From: a virus
Taxonomy: Duplodnaviria > Heunggongvirae > Uroviricota > Caudoviricetes
Length of the DNA stretch: 64,000 nt
Virus record (IMG/VR): IMGVR_UViG_3300035520_000763
Coordinates: 71,032-135,031 of that record
Direction: 5' to 3' (one strand)
Shown: one piece after another, positions 19,945 through 27,729 of the stretch
Layout of the letters: each line of letters starts with the position of its first letter
Numbering within the stretch: the stretch's first letter is position 1
Made by a program: the position numbers and the translations under genes
Notes under the pieces: model-generated
What the model was told of the DNA's origin: nothing
Seen by the model: the letters and a program-made list of their open reading frames with translations, nothing else
The model's database searches: none

Positions 19945-19984
19945 ATATTGAATCTAAGTTCTATTTGGAAAGGAGCGTATATCT

Positions 19985-20425
19985 ATGAGTGAAAAATATT
20001 TTACAAAACCAGAAAGACCATTCTTATTATTGACTGAAGATGTAGATGGTAACATTTCATATCATTGGTTAGAAACGGAAACAGAATTAATGGAAGTAAT
20101 CAACGAGTGTCAGGAATATGGAAATAAAATTATTGATGCGTTGGAAATTGGCAGTAGTAGAGATATTGAAATTCCTCCTATCTATCTTGTAGATGATTTT
20201 ATTAAAGAAATTAATGACGCTTATGAAACCGCTAAAGGAAAAGGGTTTGACAGTATTGTATTGGTAATAGACACTAACATGGACAAGACTTATTATATTA
20301 ATGATACAGAAAATGGTTTTCAATGTGATGAATTTGATTTCTATTTTGATGATTTAGATTCTATGGCGGCTGCATTGTTTGAAGAGGAAATGATTGGTAA
20401 ACCTGTAGAAATTAGGATAGAGTAA
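19985..20425 (+). CDS. hypothetical phage protein
   Basis: ORF track; RBS AAAGGAGCG. Confidence 0.55.
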   Translation: MSEKYFTKPERPFLLLTEDVDGNISYHWLETETELMEVINECQEYGNKIIDALEIGSSRDIEIPPIYLVDDFIKEINDAYETAKGKGFDSIVLVIDTNMDKTYYINDTENGFQCDEFDFYFDDLDSMAAALFEEEMIGKPVEIRIE

Positions 20426-20517
20426 ATTATGATAGAAATTAATTTTAGAAATGAGTGACACACATATGTATAAATCTTGTCACCTGCACCTACAATAAAA
20501 TATTGAACACAAACACA

Positions 20518-20555
20518 AAGCATTTGGAGAAATATATACCAAATGCTTTTTCTTA
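20518..20555. terminator. strong hairpin terminator (AAAGCATTTGG-loop-CCAAATGCTTTTTCTT)
   Basis: 11-bp perfect stem followed by a T-run; ends the long + strand gene array; could act bidirectionally. Confidence 0.55.
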
Positions 20556-20838
20556 TGCAAAAATAAATAATCGAAGTCTTGAAGAAGGGAGATCTATATT
20601 ATGGAAAAGAGATTTAATATTTCAACCGTTGTTGAAGATGGGTATGTGCATTATGAGGTGGTTGATTGTCAAACCGGAAATGAAGTACATTGTGATACAA
20701 ATGAACTCAATTTAATTTTGTATGAATTAATCGGAATGTAACGCTATGACTAGAAATAACATACCGATGTATATCCAGAATTTATGAAAGGTAGGTGAAA
20801 ATATATGATGCTGAGTACAAAATATTATGAGATATAAG

Positions 20839-21063
20839 TCACTTAATATCATCTTTTGGAAGAAAATTTAAATCAAATTGTAAATTAAGTGCATCGAAAA
20901 TCCTAATTATTGTTTTACATTCAGTATTTTTACCATTTAATATTTGTTGGACATTTTGTGAAGTTGTATGCATATTAATTGCTAGTTCTTTTTGGGTAAT
21001 ATCATTTTTTTTCATATATTTTTGAATTTCCCAAAGCAAATCTTCTGTTGAATGAAAAACCAT
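20839..21063 (-). CDS. XRE-family HTH transcriptional regulator (Cro/CI-like, 74 aa)
   Basis: HTH signature ...ITQKELAINMHTTSQNVQQILNGKN...; only minus-strand gene; divergent from mazF-like gene. Confidence 0.7.
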   Translation of the reverse strand: MVFHSTEDLLWEIQKYMKKNDITQKELAINMHTTSQNVQQILNGKNTECKTIIRIFDALNLQFDLNFLPKDDIK

Positions 21064-21168
21064 ATGTATACCTCCAATTCAGTTTAAACATATTCAATTA
21101 TAATATTTTTGGTTAAAATTAACAATATATTAATAAATATTTTGTATAAAAATAAAACAAGTCATATA

Positions 21169-21197
21169 TTGCTAAACCAAGCCAGCGGTTGTATTAT
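21169..21197 (+). promoter_or_regulatory. candidate promoter TTGCTA-17-TATTAT in AT-rich divergent intergenic region
   Basis: Read from sequence; 140 bp upstream of the mazF-like ATG. Confidence 0.35.
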
Positions 21198-21335
21198 ATA
21201 TATGTATTAAAAAAATATAAAGAACATGAAAATTAAATAATTCATTCTTGAGTTAGGTGGTTTTTTGGATTTAGAGTGATACTGTTGTGGTGTCACCTTT
21301 TTGTAGTTTTAGTCTTCATGAAAGGAAGTATTATT

Positions 21336-21695
21336 ATGAATGACAAAAAAGAAATTAAAAGAGGAGAAATATATTATGCAGATTTAAGCCCAGTTGTGGG
21401 TTCGGAACAGGGTGGAGTAAGACCGGTCATTATTATCCAGAATGACAAGGGAAATATGTTTAGTCCGACTACAATTGTAGTAACTATGTCAACAAAAACA
21501 AAAAAGAAAGCTAATTTACCAACACATGCGTTGGTTTACAGCGTAAACCAGACGGGCTTAAAAGCAGACAGCGTAGCCTTATGCGAACAAATTCACACCA
21601 TTGATAAAAGTCGATTAAGGGAAAAGATTGGCAGCTTAAACGAAATTGCCTTAAACAAGGTAATGAAAGCAGTTAGTGTGAGTTTGAGCATGTAA
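21336..21695 (+). CDS. mazF: MazF/PemK/EndoA-family endoribonuclease toxin
   Basis: Very close match to the EndoA/MazF core (RGEIYYADLSPVVGSEQGGVRPVIIIQND...LPTH...DSV...EQIHTIDKSRL); ATG at 21336 after GAAAGGAAG; no mazE-like ORF upstream. Confidence 0.85.
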   Translation: MNDKKEIKRGEIYYADLSPVVGSEQGGVRPVIIIQNDKGNMFSPTTIVVTMSTKTKKKANLPTHALVYSVNQTGLKADSVALCEQIHTIDKSRLREKIGSLNEIALNKVMKAVSVSLSM

Positions 21696-21724
21696 TATGA
21701 TTTTTTATAAGGAGAAAATTAAAA

Positions 21725-22009
21725 ATGGATGAAATTTACAAAATCATAGATGCAAACCATGCAGTTCAGGAATTGCAGCGAATATCAAAAGTACATAAGA
21801 AAACAAAAATACATAAGATAAATTTAGAAAGGGGAACAAGTGAAAAAAATGATAAGGAAAACATAGAAGAAATAATTCGAGAAGCAAAGACAATTATCTT
21901 AAACAAAGACATATTCTTTGCACATATACAATGTTATACATGTGAGCAAAATATAGAAGATATAAAAAGGGAAGGTGTTATGTATGATGTGATATATAGT
22001 ATAGGATAA
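21725..22009 (+). CDS. hypothetical protein immediately downstream of the mazF-like gene
   Basis: ORF track; 30-bp gap after mazF; RBS AAGGAGAAAA. Confidence 0.5.
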   Translation: MDEIYKIIDANHAVQELQRISKVHKKTKIHKINLERGTSEKNDKENIEEIIREAKTIILNKDIFFAHIQCYTCEQNIEDIKREGVMYDVIYSIG

Positions 22010-22229
22010 AAATATATCCTTAAAAAATAGCATATTGGACAATATGTTCTATTGACAAAATCGAACAAAAGTTCTATGCTAAATATGTTGGGAAAATAAA
22101 AAAGAGAAAGCCTATCCAGTTCAAACGGTAATTGGGAGTTACCTACTAATGATAGAACTTTCTCTAACACAAATTCACCTTCCAGAACGGAAGGAATTTA
22201 GATACGGTAGATAAGCTAACCACTGAGCT

Positions 22230-22280
22230 AACCGCAGAATTAACTGCACCAACCGCAGAATTAACTGCACCAACCGCAAG
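22230..22280. repeat. tandem 21-bp direct repeat AACCGCAGAATTAACTGCACC x2.4 (iteron-like)
   Basis: Two perfect 21-bp copies plus a 9-bp partial copy; the last partial copy AACCGCAAG is inverted-repeat partner of CTTGCGGTT at 22321..22329, enclosing hairpin ACCTTGA-TTAG-TCAAGGT (22298..22315). Confidence 0.7.
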
Positions 22281-22456
22281 TCTATTTTACAGATTTCACC
22301 TTGATTAGTCAAGGTATTTTCTTGCGGTTCAGTTAAATTTTTCCATTATTACAATTACATATTAATTTTTTGTAACATATTCAATAATTCTTTGCGAATT
22401 GGTGTATATATGTTTGCATTTTTATCAAAAATTTAATACGAAAGGGGAATGATTAT

Positions 22457-23065
22457 GTGGATTATGTAATTAAGAATCATAATAACTTGTTTATTAAGCT
22501 AAACGAAAAGGGACAACCTGTTAGCTGCTCAGAAAAGGAGAAACAACTTTTTGAGTTCAGTAAGGCAAAGAATATTTGTGATTGTCTTCCTAAAACTTTG
22601 CGAAAAATCGGTTTTAAGGTAGAAGCAGTTCCGGATATTCCTACAACAAACCCAAATAAAATTGTACACAAAGAAGAATATATTGTTTCGGAGAATATTA
22701 CTAGGTGGATAGAAAAGTTTGGCACATGTTCAGATATTCTTGAAGAAGCAAAAATACGTGAAAGTCAGTTATGCAAAGAGTTGAAAAAATCAGACAATGA
22801 ATTACTTGATATTTTACATATTATTGAGATAGAGCCACCAAAGGACTTATATCACGGCTGGCTATTATACAAAAGAATAAAGAAAAACAGAAAAGAAAGA
22901 AGAGAAATAAAAGACGAGTTAATTATCGTCAAAGATGTTATTCAAGAAATTAATCCTTCTTGTTTACATCGAAAAAGAATACAAAAAGCGATAAATGGAT
23001 TATTTAACAGAGAATATACATTCAGAATCGTTGAAGGTGGTGATGATGAGAATGATTGTGTGTAA
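22457..23065 (+). CDS. hypothetical phage protein (GTG start)
   Basis: ORF track; RBS AAAGGGGAATGA. Confidence 0.5.
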   Translation: MDYVIKNHNNLFIKLNEKGQPVSCSEKEKQLFEFSKAKNICDCLPKTLRKIGFKVEAVPDIPTTNPNKIVHKEEYIVSENITRWIEKFGTCSDILEEAKIRESQLCKELKKSDNELLDILHIIEIEPPKDLYHGWLLYKRIKKNRKERREIKDELIIVKDVIQEINPSCLHRKRIQKAINGLFNREYTFRIVEGGDDENDCV

Positions 23066-23228
23066 AAATTGCTATATTCCTATGGTAGGAACAATGTCCT
23101 TTTCAAAAGACAAACATGAAAAATATTGTCGTTATCCTAAATGTAAAAAAGAAACAAAACATACTACATTACGGGATGATGAATTGGAATTTGAAGAAAT
23201 ACTGCATAAAGAAATAAAAAAAAGATAA
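23043..23228 (+). CDS. small zinc-ribbon protein (CKNC...C...CKKE)
   Basis: ORF track (22995..); ATG at 23043 after GAAGGTGGTG. Confidence 0.45.
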   Translation: MMRMIVCKNCYIPMVGTMSFSKDKHEKYCRYPKCKKETKHTTLRDDELEFEEILHKEIKKR

Positions 23229-23262
23229 TAATACATAGTTTAAAATAAGGCGGTGTGTCAAG

Positions 23263-25383
23263 ATGATAATGGATGCGAATTTAAATCAAATCGTAAATAC
23301 ATATTTCGAAAATAATGCTTATAAACTACATAAAATAGTGGACAAAATCTTATGGAAGCTAAACTTTCATGATGTTGACCACGAAGATTTTTATTCGTTA
23401 TCACATGAACTTTTTTATAAAAGTCTTGAAGATTACGATAGGTCAAAATCTTTTGATGCTTTTTTGTATTCTTGTCTCTATAAAAAATTTTGTACGGAAA
23501 TGACAGGAACAAATAGAGATAAGCGAAGTAATAATATTAAAGTTGAAAAAAAAGATGAAGACGGAAATATTATTAAAGACGAAACAGGAAATGTAGTAAC
23601 AGAAAAAATTAAAATTCCAGACATTTCTTTTGATACACCGGTAGGAGACGATGATAATACTCAACTTAAAGATATGATTAGTTCTAAATTTAACGTTGAA
23701 TCAAGTTTATTTTCTTCTTGCAGCGAGAATATGGAAAATTATATCAATAATTTGGATGAAATACAAAAGAATATCGCAGAAATGATAGGAGAAGGATTTA
23801 ATTCTTCTGAAATAAAAGGAAAGCTTAATTTAAGTGATAAAGAATATTCTCAACAAATATCTGTCATGAAATCTTATGAAAAAAGAAAAGTTTTTTATGA
23901 AGAAGAGAGCAATGATATGGAGGAAGAAAGCATGAATACAGGAGATTTAGTAGCAAATACGACAGAAACTTACAGAAATACAAGCTATAGTATTGAATCA
24001 ATAAGTAAACAATTGTCAAAAAAACAACTTAGAGATGACCATATTCTTCAAAGGCATAGCGGGCAATGGAAAAATTTTGCAAAAAGTGAATTGATTTCTG
24101 ATATTCTTCGTGGGAAATCTCTTACGCAAATTATTGTATCGGAAGAAATAAAAAATAATCTGCGTATGAAGTGGTTAATTGATGGTAAGCAGCGTTGCAC
24201 AACATTGCATGATTATCTGCTTGACGGATTTGCGATTCAGAAAAATGTTAAGAATTATAACATAAGATATCAGGCGGCAAAACTTGATGAGAATGGAAAT
24301 GAAATATTAAATGAAGAAGGTTTTGCTGTAATGGAAACCAAAGAATTTGATATTCGTGGCAAAAAGTTCTCGCAATTACCTGAAGAATTACAGGATATAT
24401 TCAAGGATAGACAGATACCTGTTTTATATAATGAAAATTGTACAAAAAAAGATATAGCAGATGATATAGCCAGATTTAATAGAAGTAGGTCGATGAATAC
24501 TGCACAGCTTGGTTGGTTAGGCTTAGATGAAGAATTTGCAGAATTGGTTGAAAAGATGACAAAAATGAAATTCTTCCAACCGAATTTCAAGGGAAGTTCT
24601 TATACCGATAATAACCACACATCAAGTGCAATAAGAAGAATAATTGTTGAAAGCATTTTTGTTTCAGATTTCATTAATGAATATAGTAAAGATTTTGAAA
24701 AGAAATGCACTTATTTATCAGAAGAAGCCAGCGATTCAAATTTCACAGAATTTTACAGCTATGTTGAACGGCTCACTTCCGTATCCAATGAAGATGTTGC
24801 AGATATGTTTAACGCTAAAAATTCATTTTTGTGGTTTGGATTATTTTCAAGATTTGATAATTATGGGCTTGATGATACAAAATTTATTGATTTTATGAAA
24901 GCCTTTAAAGAGTCTTTACATAAAAAGAAAATTAACGGTATATCTTACGAAGAACTTGAAGGTAAGGGGACAAAAGATAAAAACATAGTCACAAAAAAAA
25001 TGCAGCATTTGGAACAACTTATGAATGAATATTTACATAGTGACATAGAAAAAGCAAACAAAGAAGTTGATGAAGAAGATTCATTAAATATCGTTAAATA
25101 CATAAATCCTGATGTAACGGAAAAAGATATTCAGGATTATAAAGAAGATTTAGAAATATTAACTCTTGAAGTTAATAATAAAAGTAAATTGTTAGATGAA
25201 CGTAATATACCATCATTAATTGCCATGATTGCATATGGCTATACAAAAGATGAAGCAATTGATGAGTGGTTTGTAGATTACTTTAGGAGAAATAATATGT
25301 ATACACTAAATCAAAAACGCAATTTGCAACTAATGATTGAAGACTTTAATGAATTCAAAAAACAGAAGGGGGCGGTTGCGTAA
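23263..25383 (+). CDS. 706-aa fusion protein: N-terminal sigma-70-family-like region 2 + region 4 (aa ~30-215) fused to a DUF262 (ParB/Srx-fold) domain and a C-terminal helical domain
   Basis: Region-2-like motif ED-F-YSLSHELFYKSLEDYDRSKSFDAFLYSCLYKKF...R.KR; region-4-like HTH LDEIQKNIAEMIGEGFNSSEIKGKLNLSDKEYSQQISVMK; DUF262 signature HILQRHSGQW...LIDGKQRCTTL; single uninterrupted ORF with RBS AAGGCGG. Confidence 0.55.
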   Translation: MIMDANLNQIVNTYFENNAYKLHKIVDKILWKLNFHDVDHEDFYSLSHELFYKSLEDYDRSKSFDAFLYSCLYKKFCTEMTGTNRDKRSNNIKVEKKDEDGNIIKDETGNVVTEKIKIPDISFDTPVGDDDNTQLKDMISSKFNVESSLFSSCSENMENYINNLDEIQKNIAEMIGEGFNSSEIKGKLNLSDKEYSQQISVMKSYEKRKVFYEEESNDMEEESMNTGDLVANTTETYRNTSYSIESISKQLSKKQLRDDHILQRHSGQWKNFAKSELISDILRGKSLTQIIVSEEIKNNLRMKWLIDGKQRCTTLHDYLLDGFAIQKNVKNYNIRYQAAKLDENGNEILNEEGFAVMETKEFDIRGKKFSQLPEELQDIFKDRQIPVLYNENCTKKDIADDIARFNRSRSMNTAQLGWLGLDEEFAELVEKMTKMKFFQPNFKGSSYTDNNHTSSAIRRIIVESIFVSDFINEYSKDFEKKCTYLSEEASDSNFTEFYSYVERLTSVSNEDVADMFNAKNSFLWFGLFSRFDNYGLDDTKFIDFMKAFKESLHKKKINGISYEELEGKGTKDKNIVTKKMQHLEQLMNEYLHSDIEKANKEVDEEDSLNIVKYINPDVTEKDIQDYKEDLEILTLEVNNKSKLLDERNIPSLIAMIAYGYTKDEAIDEWFVDYFRRNNMYTLNQKRNLQLMIEDFNEFKKQKGAVA

Positions 25384-25384
25384 T

Positions 25385-25681
25385 ATGGCAATTATGGTTT
25401 CGGAAGACAAAAAAGAACTTATTGTAACCTGTGAATGTGGCTGTGAAGATATCGTACATATAAAAGTTAATGATGAGGATAAATCTAATGATTGTTATGG
25501 ATTTATCACTTATGCAAACGGAAACTTCTATTGTGAACAGGAAAATAGTTTTCTTTGTGTGTTAAAGAGAAAGATTAAAAAGATATGGGCGATTATCTGC
25601 AATAAGGACTATTGTTATTCAGAAATTCTTATGAGTTATGAAGATTTTCAAAGGCTAAAAGAATATATAAATCAATTTTAA
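25385..25681 (+). CDS. hypothetical Cys-rich protein
   Basis: ORF track (25337..); ATG directly after the upstream stop. Confidence 0.5.
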   Translation: MAIMVSEDKKELIVTCECGCEDIVHIKVNDEDKSNDCYGFITYANGNFYCEQENSFLCVLKRKIKKIWAIICNKDYCYSEILMSYEDFQRLKEYINQF

Positions 25682-25702
25682 AAGGAAGGAAGAAAATTTT
25701 GT

Positions 25703-26197
25703 ATGATAATGAAATTGTCTGAAATTAAAATTAGTAATGCATTTGCTGAAACTTCGCCAAAGAAGGAGAAAATATCCAAATGCTATGAACACTGGAAGAA
25801 TACTGGAACGCAAGATAGATTTATTATTGTAGATTATAATAATGTACTTGTAGATGGATATATCATGTATCTTGTATTAAAAGAATTGGGTGTTGAAATT
25901 GCGTTTGTTAAAATTCAGGATAATTATAAAAATAATCCGACAGTATACATATATGGGACTCATCAAAATCCATATGGTAAATTAAGAAAAACATATATAT
26001 GGAGAGTCCCGGAAAGCTGGACTTCATTCGCCAATACAGTAGATGTTGGTGATGTAGTACTTTGTCAAACGAGATTTGGTGTTTCGTTAATTGTTGTAAA
26101 CAAAGTTGAGGCGTTCAGTAAATGTCCTGTTAATATTCCGGTTAAAAAAATAGTGAGTAGAAATATTATCAGAAACGGAATGCTTGTGAAAGGATAG
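25703..26197 (+). CDS. ParB-like nuclease (ParB N-terminal/Srx fold) domain protein
   Basis: LSEIKISNAF...DRFIIVDYNNVLVDGYIMYLVLKELGVEIAFVKI resembles ParBc motif (I.V.....l.dG.hR..A.k.lG...i...V). Confidence 0.5.
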   Translation: MIMKLSEIKISNAFAETSPKKEKISKCYEHWKNTGTQDRFIIVDYNNVLVDGYIMYLVLKELGVEIAFVKIQDNYKNNPTVYIYGTHQNPYGKLRKTYIWRVPESWTSFANTVDVGDVVLCQTRFGVSLIVVNKVEAFSKCPVNIPVKKIVSRNIIRNGMLVKG

Positions 26198-26283
26198 GTG
26201 ATATCTATGAGTTTTTGGACTTATGTCAGCGAAATAATTATTGTGTTACATAAATTATTATAGAATATAGAAAGGATTAAAAA

Positions 26284-26562
26284 ATGTACATAGAAAATGT
26301 AGTTATAGGCAATCCCATAATAGAACCTTCAGACATGTTCTCGTCAGATGAAGAAGACTGGAACAATATAGAAAGAGAAAAAACATATTATACAGAAGAA
26401 AGGTTTCTGCCGCGAATACTGGTTAAGTTAGGTATCTACCCTTCCGTCAGTGAGATAAGGAGAAATAAGCCTGAACTGGTGATTAATTTGGACAAACCGG
26501 ATTTTATCAACAATCTGAAGGTAAGTAAAAAGCGTAGACTATGGATTTTGGTAGGAGAATGA
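26284..26562 (+). CDS. hypothetical phage protein
   Basis: ORF track. Confidence 0.5.
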   Translation: MYIENVVIGNPIIEPSDMFSSDEEDWNNIEREKTYYTEERFLPRILVKLGIYPSVSEIRRNKPELVINLDKPDFINNLKVSKKRRLWILVGE

Positions 26563-26564
26563 AT

Positions 26565-26792
26565 ATGGACAGTGTTGTAAAGCGTGATTTAGACGGTGTT
26601 TATTTCAGAGTTAAGAGAAAAAATAAATATGAGAACTTCTGTTTTTCTGATCTTACGGAAGAGGAAATGAATACAGTAATGGAAGGTAGGTCAGAAGAAT
26701 GGCTCAAATCTATGTGTGTGCTGCTTGGACAGAAGATAAGAGAAATTGGTGATACATTAGATCTGGTATGTTCTTATACGAGTGAAGAATAA
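26565..26792 (+). CDS. hypothetical phage protein
   Basis: ORF track (26541..); ATG after GGAGAATGA. Confidence 0.45.
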   Translation: MDSVVKRDLDGVYFRVKRKNKYENFCFSDLTEEEMNTVMEGRSEEWLKSMCVLLGQKIREIGDTLDLVCSYTSEE

Positions 26793-26828
26793 TAAAAGAT
26801 GAAAATTTAATAATTATAGGAGGAAAAT

Positions 26829-27362
26829 ATGATTGCAATTAGTAATTCGGATTATCAAAAATATGGTTGCCCTAAATGTGGGTGTGACAGCTCTATATTG
26901 GATGGATGTTATACTGGTAATACCCATCCAGTAACGTGTAGGGAATGTAAAGAAAATTTTGTAATTTTAGCAGATGGATTAAAAAAATCTTCTTTAGGTT
27001 TTGGTTCTAATGCTGAATATCCAGAACTACAGGAACATCCACGTAAGGGTACTCCTTGGCATCCTTGGGTTGATCCTGATCCGAGACCTGAATATGGTGA
27101 ATATTGGAACCCAAGAGGAATCGGATATGATTTAAGCGGTTTCGTACAATCCAAACAAGCCGGTGAACGGTTATTGGATATGGTTAAGGATGTACTTGAA
27201 AAAGAAAACCCAGAATCATGGCTTGATTGGAGAGAATATGAACCGGAATGGATTCAATTTAAATTCCAAGATAGCGAATTTGATTTAGAGAAGTTGAAGA
27301 AGAAAGTCATTGATAATGAAAAGATTATTACAAAAGAAATCTTGATGGAATGTAAACTGTAA
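26829..27362 (+). CDS. hypothetical protein with N-terminal zinc ribbon (CPKCGC...CRECKENF)
   Basis: ORF track; RBS TAGGAGGAAAA. Confidence 0.55.
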   Translation: MIAISNSDYQKYGCPKCGCDSSILDGCYTGNTHPVTCRECKENFVILADGLKKSSLGFGSNAEYPELQEHPRKGTPWHPWVDPDPRPEYGEYWNPRGIGYDLSGFVQSKQAGERLLDMVKDVLEKENPESWLDWREYEPEWIQFKFQDSEFDLEKLKKKVIDNEKIITKEILMECKL

Positions 27363-27550
27363 AAGCGGAAATAGAAGTCGCATTTTCTTGGGAAAATTTT
27401 AAAATCGAAGTTCTCTAAGCATATATTTTCAAAAGTGCTTAGAGAAATAATTAGTGAAAACTAAGGTGGATTTGACCGCCTAAAGTTGAGGGTATAGCCA
27501 CTCAACAAATACTATGTAAAGTGCTATGTAAAATAGAATACATGTTTGAG

Positions 27551-27575
27551 GTTTGAGAACCTTATAAGTTTACAT
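27551..27575. repeat. 25-bp direct repeat copy 1 GTTTGAGAACCTTATAAGTTTACAT (contains palindrome CTTATAAG)
   Basis: Read from sequence; partial GTTTGAG copy immediately 5'. Confidence 0.7.
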
Positions 27576-27616
27576 GGTAATCAAACGTGCGTAGTTTGGG
27601 AGTAAAGGGATTACTT

Positions 27617-27641
27617 GTTTGAGAATCTTATAAGTTTACAT
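27617..27641. repeat. 25-bp direct repeat copy 2 GTTTGAGAATCTTATAAGTTTACAT (1 mismatch)
   Basis: Separated from copy 1 by a 41-bp unique spacer; about 90 bp upstream of the TnpB/Cas12-like ORF. Confidence 0.7.
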
Positions 27642-27729
27642 AACAATTAAATGCTTAAAGGTACTCTTTATTTAATAATTAGCATGAGACAATTATGATT
27701 TTATATAATAATTAAATGAAAGGATAAAA

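Noticed and set aside
20455-20715. ORF 20455..20715 (+) in the terminator-to-HTH intergenic region
   Set aside because: Spans the strong hairpin terminator at 20518..20555, has no RBS and low-complexity translation; probably non-coding.
22140-22235. Possible tRNA gene (D-arm-like AGCTCAGTGGTTAGCT on the minus strand; hairpin CCTTCC-AGAAC-GGAAGG with a GAA triplet)
   Set aside because: Cannot be folded into a cloverleaf. The would-be anticodon loop is 5 nt or lacks U33 and a purine at position 37. No T-arm is present. The AGCT...AGCT element is part of the tandem repeat, so I treated it as iteron/structured DNA rather than a tRNA.
24644-24898. 84-aa ORF inside the sigma-like::DUF262 fusion gene (other frame)
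   Set aside because: Fully embedded in a long, well-supported ORF; no independent signals.
27551-27641. The two 25-bp repeats as IS200/IS605 left-end structures of the 27730 TnpB-like gene
   Set aside because: They contain no subterminal hairpin of the TCTTTAG-loop type seen at the genuine IS605 copy in this window, and no TnpA is present. A CRISPR-like or operator role is more parsimonious, but not proven.
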